IMG/VR virus record: IMGVR_UViG_2772190778_000001
Origin: a virus
Lineage: Duplodnaviria; Caudoviricetes
DNA length: 64,000 bases
Strand: one strand, 5' to 3'
The position numbers and the translations under genes were made by a program. The notes under the pieces are model-generated. The model saw only the letters and a program-made list of their open reading frames with translations. It was not told where the DNA came from and ran no database searches. Each line of letters begins with the position of its first letter. The first letter of the stretch is position 1. Below are positions 8,790 through 16,772 of this stretch, one piece after another.

Positions 8790-9025
8790 GGGCGCGCCTC
8801 GGCAATCCAGACCAGATAGGGCTGATCCCGCCACCATGCGACGGTGCAGTGAAGGCCCAGATGCGTGATGCGCTCCCTGCGCCCGAACAGGAATATCCGC
8901 ACACGGCGGGACAAGGGCGCGCGACGCCAGTTGTGGTCACCAACCATCACCTTCCCTCCGGTCGAGAGGTCCTTGGACGGTATTCCCGCGAGGTCATCCA
9001 TTGCTGTCGGTATCAATTCATCCAC
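8786..9025 (-). CDS. Hypothetical protein (79 aa), P1-specific insert
   Basis: GTG start overlapping TerS end; ATGA overlap with the next gene. Confidence 0.55.
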   Translation of the reverse strand: MDELIPTAMDDLAGIPSKDLSTGGKVMVGDHNWRRAPLSRRVRIFLFGRRERITHLGLHCTVAWWRDQPYLVWIAEARP

Positions 9026-9590
9026 CGCGCACCCCCAGAAACTCGCGCTTGAGCTTGTCGATGATGCCGCTGCTTAGGCCCAGCTCATCGCGGGCGCTGT
9101 CCAGTGCCTCGACGGCATTGGCGCGCTCTTCGGCGGCGATGCGGGCGCGTTCCTTGACCATCAGCTGCTCGCGGATGCCCGCGCTCGACATGATGTCCTT
9201 CATCATCTTTCCGAGGAAATGCAGCTCGCGCGGGTCGATGTCCTCGCCCTCCTTGGTCATCTGCGATTTCAGGACCTTGAAGGCCACGCTTGTCATCATC
9301 TGGAAAAGAACGCGGTGCCGGTCGGCCTCCTCCGAGAGGTCATTGTCGGCCAGCCATTGCTGCGCCCAGGCACCGGCCTCGTCCTGGAGTTTGACGAATT
9401 GCTCATACTCCTGCCCATAGGCATGCAGGGCGCTCTTGCCGATGCGCAGCTCGAGCCCGTCTTCCGCGAGGCGGAAGTTCAATTCCTCGGCCAGCTCCTC
9501 GTAGCCGTGAAAACCCTTGGCTTTCCACCAGTCATGCAGCCACTGGCGCAACTCGGGCGGCAAGAGCTCAACCTTACGGGGCGGGGGCAT
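9018..9590 (-). CDS. DUF3486 protein (Mu gp27-like, putative small terminase)
   Basis: MPPPRKVELLP.ELR.WL, IGKSALHAYG motifs; upstream of TerL. Confidence 0.85.
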   Translation of the reverse strand: MPPPRKVELLPPELRQWLHDWWKAKGFHGYEELAEELNFRLAEDGLELRIGKSALHAYGQEYEQFVKLQDEAGAWAQQWLADNDLSEEADRHRVLFQMMTSVAFKVLKSQMTKEGEDIDPRELHFLGKMMKDIMSSAGIREQLMVKERARIAAEERANAVEALDSARDELGLSSGIIDKLKREFLGVRGG

Positions 9591-9591
9591 G

Positions 9592-9894
9592 TCAGAGCCT
9601 CCGCGCGCTTGGACGCTGGATATCCGGATGAACGGCCTCGCCGCGCGCGACCTCGATGCCGCGCCGGGTGGCCTCGGCAATGACAAAGTCGCCATGGTCG
9701 GCGACGGTGACCATGCCCACTTCCTGCAGCCATGCCAGTTCGGTGGTCACCTGGTCGAAGGTGGAGCCCACGCCCACGCCATTGAGCACGTCGCGCAGGA
9801 TCGAGGCATTGGCCGTATAGCCCGAAACCTGCTCGAGATGGCGCAGGATCGCGAGGCGGCGGTGTTTGCGCAAGGTTGCCTGATAATCGCTCAC
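9592..9894 (-). CDS. Conserved winged-helix-like protein (Mu gp26 position)
   Basis: RRLAILRHL...ELAWLQEVG...T.RG.EVARG; same protein sequence as the P2 copy apart from minor changes. Confidence 0.8.
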   Translation of the reverse strand: MSDYQATLRKHRRLAILRHLEQVSGYTANASILRDVLNGVGVGSTFDQVTTELAWLQEVGMVTVADHGDFVIAEATRRGIEVARGEAVHPDIQRPSARRL

Positions 9895-10235
9895 TTCTTG
9901 CCTCCATCGAGCAGGTGTTGTTCGTGGCGGGATACGATGGCCTCCAGCCGCGCGGTGATCATGGCGTTGCCCTCCATGACGGCGGCCATCTTCTCCATCG
10001 ATCCGGTTTGTCGGACCAGCTCGAGCTGGAGCGCGTGCATGTCATCCTTGCCCGGCATGTTCTGCACCGCCTGTTCGAGCCGCGAGATGCGCGCCTCGTG
10101 TCGGTCCATGCGCTCGTGACCCGCCTCGAGCTTTTTATCGAGGTCTTTGCGGCGGGTGGCCACGAAGGTGTAGAAGGCGACCAGCATCGGGAAGATGACG
10201 CCGAGCCCTTTCCAGAAGAGGTCCCAATCCATCAT
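9891..10235 (-). CDS. DUF2730-like protein (Mu gp25 position)
   Basis: N-terminal TM plus coiled coil, RISRLEQAV..MP.KDD.H.L. Confidence 0.75.
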   Translation of the reverse strand: MMDWDLFWKGLGVIFPMLVAFYTFVATRRKDLDKKLEAGHERMDRHEARISRLEQAVQNMPGKDDMHALQLELVRQTGSMEKMAAVMEGNAMITARLEAIVSRHEQHLLDGGKK

Positions 10236-10804
10236 GCCGTGCGCTTCCAGTCGTCGAGCGCTGGATTGTCTGTCACGTCCACGGCGGCCAAGGTGATCTC
10301 GGCATCCGGCCCTGTATCGGCCGCCCCCGGGCTGTCGGCGCGCAGCGCCCGCAATTGGGCGACGCTGTGCGCCACTTGTGGGGCCTGTGCGATGATCCGC
10401 GCGGCCTCTTTTTGCATCGCGGTTCCCCGGAACTTATGCAGCTCGCGCGCGCCGAAGTAGAAGGCAACAATGGCCCCCATCAGCGCCCAGAGCGGTTCGG
10501 GCACGAGGGCGAGGCCGGTCATCCGCTCCGCAAACCAGATCGGGTCGGACATGGCCGACCAGAAGAGGAAAATGCAGCCAAAGGCCATGGCCGGGCGCGG
10601 CAAGCGGTTGAGACCGTCCACGAACTGGCCCCAAAGGCCCTGCGCGCCGGTGAACTCAGCCGCCATCTGGCTCAGCGCCGCCTGCTGAAACGCGGCCTCG
10701 CGCATATCCGCCTTTTCGGCATTGGGCCGAAAGACCTCTGCCGTCTCGGCAATGACATTGCGCCCGCCGCCAAAGAGCGCGCCCAGAAATCGGATCAGCC
10801 CCAT
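10232..10804 (-). CDS. 3-TM holin family protein
   Basis: DGLNRLPRP...W.LMGAIVAFYFGAR motif; follows endolysin. Confidence 0.8.
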   Translation of the reverse strand: MGLIRFLGALFGGGRNVIAETAEVFRPNAEKADMREAAFQQAALSQMAAEFTGAQGLWGQFVDGLNRLPRPAMAFGCIFLFWSAMSDPIWFAERMTGLALVPEPLWALMGAIVAFYFGARELHKFRGTAMQKEAARIIAQAPQVAHSVAQLRALRADSPGAADTGPDAEITLAAVDVTDNPALDDWKRTA

Positions 10805-11406
10805 GATGCCACCCTCTCTTTGAAATCTGCGTCCGTCATGCGGTAGCGCGCTGACATGAATTCCTCGGCGCGCCTGATCCAGCCGCCTTTGCCGCCTGAG
10901 CGGGCGCGTGCGAACTTGCGGCTTGCAGGCCGCGCATCGGCGAGGCGGAAATAGTAGTTGCGCCGGGCAATCGCGTAGGCGTCGGCGATATGGGCGGGGG
11001 CCGCGTCATGGGCGGCCTCAACCGCGCGCAAGGTGGCCGGGCCAATCACGCCGTCGACAGTCGCCGGGAAACCCATTTCGGTGACGAGGCGCTGCAGGAT
11101 TTTCACGGCATTGGAGCCTGCGTTGACCTGCATGTCAAAGACGCTCGCCTGCAGCGCCTCGGGCAGTTCCGCGATGCGGGGCCGCACGAAATAGTGCTCG
11201 ATGAAGATCTCGACGGCGCGGGCGCGGGTCATGAGGCGCACGTCGGCCACGTCCACGTCGCCATCCCGGTCGAGATCAAGGCCCAAGCTGCGCATGGTGT
11301 GGATCGTGATGCCAAAATTGGTGGCCCCGCCGGGATCAGCGGGGTCATTCACAAAGCCGCCTTCGCGGGCGACAATCTCTTCGGCAATGGTTCGGACTGT
11401 TTGCAT
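10795..11406 (-). CDS. Endolysin, glycoside hydrolase family 108 with PG-binding region
   Basis: IVAREGGFVNDPADPGGATNFGIT, FDMQVNAG, DGVIGP.T. Confidence 0.9.
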   Translation of the reverse strand: MQTVRTIAEEIVAREGGFVNDPADPGGATNFGITIHTMRSLGLDLDRDGDVDVADVRLMTRARAVEIFIEHYFVRPRIAELPEALQASVFDMQVNAGSNAVKILQRLVTEMGFPATVDGVIGPATLRAVEAAHDAAPAHIADAYAIARRNYYFRLADARPASRKFARARSGGKGGWIRRAEEFMSARYRMTDADFKERVASWG

Positions 11407-11412
11407 GGGTGC

Positions 11413-11439
11413 CCCCCTTTCCCGTCAGGATAAAGGGGG
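11413..11439 (-). promoter_or_regulatory. Hairpin sequestering the endolysin ribosome-binding site
   Basis: mRNA CCCCCTTT-11 nt-AAAGGGGG just before ATG; conserved at 51374-51400. Confidence 0.55.
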
Positions 11440-11448
11440 CGGCATGGC

Positions 11449-11838
11449 TTATTCAGATGAAGCCTTTCGCATGACCTGGAGGAGGGGTGGTTCTTCCTCC
11501 TCTGCCAGCTCTGCCTTGACCTGCAAAACGCGGCGGGCGGTCACGCCGAAACGGTTGGCCAGTTCATTGACCGGCGTATCCGGGGCCTCGCGCAGGGCTT
11601 GTTTGAGGCCCTCCCGGGCCTGAGCGCGCCCCGAGGGCACGTCCAGATATTCGCCAGCGTAGCGGGCGGAAATCCATCTGGCAATATCCCGGCCCGCCAG
11701 CGTCACGAGGAGGCTGTCGGCAAGGCGAGTGCCGGGCACATAAAGCCGCATGCCGCCTGCGCGAGACAGGAAACGCTCGACCGGGGCCTCGCCCAGATCG
11801 GCGCGTATCTCGTCGATCCAAGACGGCTCACGCTCCAT
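11449..11838 (-). CDS. Mor/C-family transcription activator
   Basis: GGMRLYVP and C-terminal HTH ELANRFGVTARRVLQV; immediately upstream of lysis genes. Confidence 0.8.
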   Translation of the reverse strand: MEREPSWIDEIRADLGEAPVERFLSRAGGMRLYVPGTRLADSLLVTLAGRDIARWISARYAGEYLDVPSGRAQAREGLKQALREAPDTPVNELANRFGVTARRVLQVKAELAEEEEPPLLQVMRKASSE

Positions 11839-12079
11839 GGGGAGGCTTCCTGCGTCGCCGCCCCGGAGGCGGCGTGTGCTGCCGGGTCACGGTCACAACG
11901 CAACCGCCCTCGATCCTGTAGACGAACCCGCCGCTGATCACGCCGCAGGCTCCGGCCTCGAGACCTTGATCCACCACGCGCCCGATCTCGCGGCGCACCG
12001 CGTCGATATCCACGCCCTTGACCCGCTCGAGATAGCGGATCACGGCATGGTCAGAGGCGGGGTGGCGGGGCTTTTTCAC
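11828..12079 (-). CDS. Hypothetical phage protein (83 aa)
   Basis: SDHAVIRYLERVKG.D motif; GTGA overlap; deleted in P2. Confidence 0.7.
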   Translation of the reverse strand: MKKPRHPASDHAVIRYLERVKGVDIDAVRREIGRVVDQGLEAGACGVISGGFVYRIEGGCVVTVTRQHTPPPGRRRRKPPHGA

Positions 12080-12528
12080 CGGCGGTGATCCTCCCAGTCG
12101 AAGTCGATGTTCTGCCGATGGCCCCACGTTTTGAGGGCCTGAATGACAGCGTCGATCTGTTCCCACTCGCGCAGCATGTCGACATCGGCAGGGACCGATC
12201 CCCAGACAGCGCCGAACCGCGCGCGGATGAACTTGTTGAGCCCGGCGCGAGAAGGATCGCGCAGCGCGCCCGACTGGCCGAGCTTGCGCCAAAGCACATG
12301 GATCATGCGCAGATCGGCGCGCGGTGCGGACTTGTGGCGCGGGTTGTGGGGCTTGTCCTCGAACCCGGCTTGCTTCAGCCGGTTGACGATCAGCCGCAAC
12401 TCGCCGTCGTTCATGTCGCGCAAAGACGCCTTGCCGGTGACGCTGACCTGCAAGTCGCGGCGCGCGTCCTCGTCGAGGCCCAACTGGCGGCAGGCCGCGA
12501 AGATGAGCTTGTGAAGTGCGTGGTTCAT
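12076..12528 (-). CDS. Mu gp16/GemA (DUF1018)-like protein
   Basis: RQLGLDED..RD....TGK.SL, I..LW..L, I.ALK.W motifs. Confidence 0.85.
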   Translation of the reverse strand: MNHALHKLIFAACRQLGLDEDARRDLQVSVTGKASLRDMNDGELRLIVNRLKQAGFEDKPHNPRHKSAPRADLRMIHVLWRKLGQSGALRDPSRAGLNKFIRARFGAVWGSVPADVDMLREWEQIDAVIQALKTWGHRQNIDFDWEDHRR

Positions 12529-12941
12529 GCGGTGGCCTCCGCACTCTCGTCCGGGTACCAACAGATCAGCGCCCCGTTGAAATACTCGACGTCACCATGG
12601 GCGCGTGCCCAGAACCCCGACATGTCCGCAATGTCCGAGAACCCGTCCTGACGCGCAAACTTGTCCAGATCCGCGACCTGCGTCCAACGTCCGGATGACC
12701 AAGTGCCAATCTCGACCTCGACAATACTGCGCGCGCTCAGACGGATCGAGATTGGCAGCACCACCGTGCAGAACGGGTCAGGGATGATTTTCATGCAATG
12801 GCGCGTCCGCATGCCCGTGAACAGCTGGAGTTTCTCACCCGGGCGCGCATGCCGTTTGCGCGGCAGTCGGATGGTCTGGCGCTTGGTGCCCGCGAGGATC
12901 TGCGGTGCAAAGCGCTTCTGGAAGGAGTAGGCGACCATCAT
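12525..12941 (-). CDS. ASCH-like domain protein
   Basis: YSFQKRF...ILAGTKRQTIR...RPGE.LQLFTGMR...FARQDGF. Confidence 0.75.
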   Translation of the reverse strand: MMVAYSFQKRFAPQILAGTKRQTIRLPRKRHARPGEKLQLFTGMRTRHCMKIIPDPFCTVVLPISIRLSARSIVEVEIGTWSSGRWTQVADLDKFARQDGFSDIADMSGFWARAHGDVEYFNGALICWYPDESAEATA

Positions 12942-12966
12942 GGCAACCTTTCTTGCAGGGCGCGGT

Positions 12967-13227
12967 TCATGCCAGCGTCATCCCGAGCGCTTGCGCGTAC
13001 ATCTCAAGAACCGCCTGTTCCTCGGCGACGTCGTTGATGTCGCGCTTGCGCAGGGCGATGATCTTGCGCATCACGGCGGTGTCGTAGCCGCGCCCTTTGG
13101 CCTCGGCCATCAGCTCTTTTTGCTGCTCCGAAAGATCCTTCTTCTCCGCTTCAAGGTGCTCCCACCGCTCGATAAACTGGCGCAACTCTTCTGCCGTGAC
13201 GCGGTAATTCTGATCATTGGTCGTCAT
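12967..13227 (-). CDS. GapR-like (DUF2312) nucleoid-associated protein
   Basis: ELRQFIERWEHLEAEKKD...EAKGRGYD...RKIIALRK...EEQAVLEMY..ALGM. Confidence 0.88.
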   Translation of the reverse strand: MTTNDQNYRVTAEELRQFIERWEHLEAEKKDLSEQQKELMAEAKGRGYDTAVMRKIIALRKRDINDVAEEQAVLEMYAQALGMTLA

Positions 13228-13230
13228 GGG

Positions 13231-13440
13231 TCACTCCTCCTCTTCTGCGTCAACAAGCGACGTCACGCAGACGGGTTGATGGTCGATCTCGCATTCAATG
13301 GCGCGCTCGCACTCGGGGCAGGTATGACGGCCGGACCCGATATTGCCCAAATCGTGATAGCAGCCCGGGCAGGTCCAATAGTCATCCCTCCCCGCGTTGG
13401 CGCATGTGTCGGCAAAAGGCTCATAGCTCGGACGGCTCAT
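13231..13440 (-). CDS. Small zinc-finger protein
   Basis: CPGC and CPEC pairs; ATGA overlap with upstream gene. Confidence 0.65.
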   Translation of the reverse strand: MSRPSYEPFADTCANAGRDDYWTCPGCYHDLGNIGSGRHTCPECERAIECEIDHQPVCVTSLVDAEEEE

Positions 13441-13676
13441 AGCGCGCTCTCCAGATAGCGGGTGACCGCGCCGTGAAGCTGGGTGCGGTCCTCATCCTCG
13501 CCGGGCATGGCCTCGATCAGGAGCCGCATGGCGTCGGCCAAGATCGAGAGCGTGTCGCCCGTCACAATGTTACCATGGGGGAACGGTCCGCCCTCCCGCG
13601 CAGCCTCGATCAAATCGAAGGTGGCGCTGGCGGTATGTTCCGCTGCGGCGAGCAGCTTGTTGACGATCTCTTCCAT
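13437..13676 (-). CDS. Hypothetical protein (79 aa)
   Basis: AGAGAG RBS; coupled to next gene. Confidence 0.6.
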   Translation of the reverse strand: MEEIVNKLLAAAEHTASATFDLIEAAREGGPFPHGNIVTGDTLSILADAMRLLIEAMPGEDEDRTQLHGAVTRYLESAL

Positions 13677-13688
13677 CTCTCTGAACTC

Positions 13689-13868
13689 CTATTGAAGCGC
13701 TAAGACGACAAGGGCCGTGCCCAGCAGGCTGAAAAATGGTGCGGCAATGGAGGTCGCCGTCGCCTTATCTAACTCGCCCTTGTCAAGCTGCTGGCCGCAC
13801 AATGCGGCGACCATCAGCGCCAGCAGACGGAAGACGACCCCGGCCATAATGATTAGAACGGCGCTCAT
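13689..13868 (-). CDS. Small membrane protein
   Basis: GAGGGG RBS, two hydrophobic segments. Confidence 0.55.
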   Translation of the reverse strand: MSAVLIIMAGVVFRLLALMVAALCGQQLDKGELDKATATSIAAPFFSLLGTALVVLALQ

Positions 13869-13872
13869 CCCC

Positions 13873-14523
13873 TCACACCTTCGCAAGATCGAGAACCACC
13901 GTCTGCCACGGGGCCTCTGTGTTGGGGCGGTGCTTGACGCGCACATACGTAGCCTTGCCCACTACCCGCATGGCGTCGCGGATGGCGTCCATCGCCCGGT
14001 TCCACCGCGCGTCGGCGATGTCGAGCCGCAGGAGCATGAAGATTTCGGCGCGGTTGATCTGGCCTTCTTTGTCGGTGTTGAAGGCGCGCGTCACGATGGC
14101 CTGAATTTCCGGGCGACTGTCAGCGGACCATTCATTGAGGCATTCGTCGATGAGGCCCTTGGCGATCTGCAACTCGGGGCCGAAGTCCACCCGGTCCTGC
14201 ACTTGGACCTGCACCTGAAAGAGCCCGTCATAGGTGGTCAGCGTCTTGTTGCCCTTGGCCCCGCCGACGGTGGTCCCATACTCCTGCGCGAGGATTGCCT
14301 CGAAATCCGAAATGTCGTCGAAGGTGTGTTCCTTGAAGCGGCGGAGCTGGTCGCTGAGGGCCAGCGCATATCCGGCGATCTTGCGCACCTGTTCGTCTTG
14401 CAACTGGTCTTGCGGGCGCACGAGATCAAGCGGCACTTCGCGGCCCTTGGCGTCGACCATCTTGCGGCGGCCGTTCTCCTCTATGATGCCTGACGGCACC
14501 GGATGGGGGGTGAATGCAGACAT
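13873..14523 (-). CDS. DUF3164 family protein
   Basis: GG.KGN.TL...DG, F.PELQ.AK.LIDECL.EW, AF..DKEG.IN, W..AM.AI motifs. Confidence 0.88.
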   Translation of the reverse strand: MSAFTPHPVPSGIIEENGRRKMVDAKGREVPLDLVRPQDQLQDEQVRKIAGYALALSDQLRRFKEHTFDDISDFEAILAQEYGTTVGGAKGNKTLTTYDGLFQVQVQVQDRVDFGPELQIAKGLIDECLNEWSADSRPEIQAIVTRAFNTDKEGQINRAEIFMLLRLDIADARWNRAMDAIRDAMRVVGKATYVRVKHRPNTEAPWQTVVLDLAKV

Positions 14524-14524
14524 T

Positions 14525-14725
14525 TTACTCTCCTGTTGAAGGGGGTGTTGAAAGCAGGCTTGGACCCACACCATGGAGCGCGCAGACGGCGGCCATGGCG
14601 GCGATCTCGTCCATTGAGCAAAGCGTGCTGCCGCGCGGGCCAAGCAGGTCCACCTTAGCTACTCCCGAGGCTGCAAGGCGCAGCATCTCGTCGGGACTCC
14701 AGCGGCAGATTTCGGGGGCGTTCAT
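14525..14725 (-). CDS. Hypothetical early protein (66 aa)
   Basis: LRLAASGVAKVDLLGPRG; conserved in P2. Confidence 0.7.
   Translation of the reverse strand: MNAPEICRWSPDEMLRLAASGVAKVDLLGPRGSTLCSMDEIAAMAAVCALHGVGPSLLSTPPSTGE
14536..14552. repeat. Dispersed motif TTGAAGGGGGTGTT(G/T)(A/C)A
   Basis: Copies at 14536, 20648, 38666-38694, 52929, 58379; reverse-type copies at 25214 and 26718. Confidence 0.7.
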
Positions 14726-15072
14726 TGTCCTGTCTCCTTGTCGTCGAGAATGGCGTCGATCAGATTGTCGCGGATCACGACGTCGAGGATGCGGACGGCG
14801 AGCGCCTTGGTTTCCATCCCGCGCGCGATGGCATGCGGCTCGAGCGCGGCGCGGGTCTCGGCGTTGAGCCTTGTCAGCTGTGCACCTTGAGGCCCGCAGG
14901 GTTTGCCCGGCCGAACCGGTGGAAAAGTGACCCCGTGGCGGCGCAGGTAGTGCAGCACGGAGTGGACGCGCTGCGTCGTGACCCCGAGGCGGCGCGCGAT
15001 CTCTGAGGCCGGTACCGCCTGCGCCGCAAGCTCCGTCACCGGTACATCAAGGCTGTCGTCATGCCGCGTCAT
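14722..15072 (-). CDS. HTH-containing early protein
   Basis: SEIARRLGVTTQRVHSVL helix-turn-helix; conserved in P2. Confidence 0.75.
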   Translation of the reverse strand: MTRHDDSLDVPVTELAAQAVPASEIARRLGVTTQRVHSVLHYLRRHGVTFPPVRPGKPCGPQGAQLTRLNAETRAALEPHAIARGMETKALAVRILDVVIRDNLIDAILDDKETGQ

Positions 15073-15433
15073 CGTCGGCCCCCTTGTGGATGGGGCAGCG
15101 ATTGCAGGCGCGGTACATGGAGACGCTGAGCGAGTTCACATTCTCGAACTGCGCCGCCTTGCCGCGCCAGCGCCGGCAGACCTGTTTGCCGATCTCGCCC
15201 AAGGCGGGGCAGTCGACCACTTCGCGCATGAAATGCCCGCGCACGAGGTCCTCGACGATGCCGGTATCGGCGGGATAGCGGTTGCGCAGAATGTTCGACA
15301 CGAGGGTCGCGCTGCGCTCCATCTTGACCGCGACCTTGTTCTGGCTGGTCTCGTCGCAGGCCCGCGCCAAGGCGGCCACCCAATCGGGCAGGTCCTCGCC
15401 CCAGAAGGTGCGGGCGGTGTCGAGCGCACTCAT
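15059..15433 (-). CDS. Conserved Mu-like early protein (HTH plus Cys cluster)
   Basis: WG...PDWV..LA..C..TSQ..VA, V.CPALG, C..W, C..CP. Confidence 0.8.
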   Translation of the reverse strand: MSALDTARTFWGEDLPDWVAALARACDETSQNKVAVKMERSATLVSNILRNRYPADTGIVEDLVRGHFMREVVDCPALGEIGKQVCRRWRGKAAQFENVNSLSVSMYRACNRCPIHKGADDDAA

Positions 15434-15960
15434 GCCGCACCGCCTTTCGCCGGGCTGAAATCGCCGGTGTTGGGATCGAGAATGCCCGCCAGGCGCACCG
15501 GCTTGGGCGCGCGCGGGCCGGTATCCTCGACAATCTGGTAAAGCGCTTCACGGCGGCCGGGAATGGCAGTCTGCCTCACTTTCAAGTGGTTTGAGGCCAA
15601 GAGTTGGCGGCAATATGCGCGGGCCTTTTCGACAGTCACTTCGACGCCTCCAGCATTGGCATGCGCGGCAACGTCTGTCGGGTTGAAGTGGCGCAGAAGG
15701 CGCATGGCGCGCCACATATTGCCCTCGGGTGTTGCCTCGCCAGAGACAGGCTGGGGGCCGGGCAGGGGTAGGTGGCAGGGGCTATACCAGCGCTTGCCGT
15801 TGCGCCCGATCCGCGACACGCGGATTTGTCCTGCATCCGCCCAGTGTCGGATATAGCGAACGGCAGTCTCGCGGCTGCAGCCAAGTCGAGAGACTTCGGC
15901 CCAGTCGAACTCCTCGAGGTTTTTAACCTCGGCCCACATCTGCGCAAAAAGATCGCTCAT
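15430..15960 (-). CDS. Putative DNA-binding (winged-helix) early protein
   Basis: MWRAMR.L..F...D, Y...L...LV..TGP.AP, DPN motifs; follows MuB. Confidence 0.75.
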   Translation of the reverse strand: MSDLFAQMWAEVKNLEEFDWAEVSRLGCSRETAVRYIRHWADAGQIRVSRIGRNGKRWYSPCHLPLPGPQPVSGEATPEGNMWRAMRLLRHFNPTDVAAHANAGGVEVTVEKARAYCRQLLASNHLKVRQTAIPGRREALYQIVEDTGPRAPKPVRLAGILDPNTGDFSPAKGGAA

Positions 15961-16754
15961 GCCCGCGCCGCCTTTCCTGCTGGCCCAAGTGGCACAACAG
16001 TCTCAGGACTGCGCGCCGCCGCCGGGCGAAAATCATCAACCCGCCGGACGGCTGGGGGCTGCCCTGTGTCGAAGGCTCGATTAGCCCAAAGCTGGAGGTC
16101 GACAGAGCGCTGCCCTCGGCCCTTGGCCAACTCCTTGGCACGGGCGAGGTTGGTGGCTACCCGCCGCATCGAGCCGCCCGACGCTTCCACAATGGCCTCG
16201 AGCAGATCAGAGGCCACGTCGACACCTGAAGCGTAGATCGGGACGAGTTTCTGTGCGTCCGTAAGGTTGCAGGCGAGGGCAGGTTCCCATGCGAGCTGCA
16301 AACTGTGGATGTTCTCCCAGCGGGTCAGGTCTTGTGGCAATTTTTCCTCGCCGACGAGGATCAGCGTACCTTGCGAGCCTTTGTAGATATCGCGCACCAG
16401 CTCAATCATTCGCTTTCGCAGGAGGTTCTGCGCATCGTCGATAATGAGCGGACGGTCGGTTCGTGCCAAATGCGCGGAGATCGCATCGGCCATGTGCGTG
16501 ACCCGTCGCATTGGTGGCAGGCCAATCTCATGCATTATTTTTTGCACAAGGTCTGTCGGCGTCCAGTAGTCTTTCACTTCAACGAAATATGCCTGATACT
16601 CGTTGGCCGCGACCGTCACGGCGGTGGTCTTGCCCCAGCCGGAGGGTCCATAGAACGTGGCCATGCCGGGTAGGCCAAAGGCGCGGGACTGGACGCGCTC
16701 GACGAGGCCGATCAGCGCTGCGACGTTTCGCAGGGGCGCAATGGAAGGTGTCAT
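15957..16754 (-). CDS. MuB-like AAA+ transposition ATPase
   Basis: Walker A GPSGWGKT, Walker B LIIDDA, ILVGEE. Confidence 0.93.
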   Translation of the reverse strand: MTPSIAPLRNVAALIGLVERVQSRAFGLPGMATFYGPSGWGKTTAVTVAANEYQAYFVEVKDYWTPTDLVQKIMHEIGLPPMRRVTHMADAISAHLARTDRPLIIDDAQNLLRKRMIELVRDIYKGSQGTLILVGEEKLPQDLTRWENIHSLQLAWEPALACNLTDAQKLVPIYASGVDVASDLLEAIVEASGGSMRRVATNLARAKELAKGRGQRSVDLQLWANRAFDTGQPPAVRRVDDFRPAAARSPETVVPLGPAGKAARA

Positions 16755-16772
16755 GCTGCTCTCCTTTTCTTG

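Noticed and set aside
10232-11406. Spanin (Rz/Rz1) genes in the lysis cassettes
   Set aside because: No nested lipoprotein ORF with a lipobox was recognised; absence cannot be asserted without a search.
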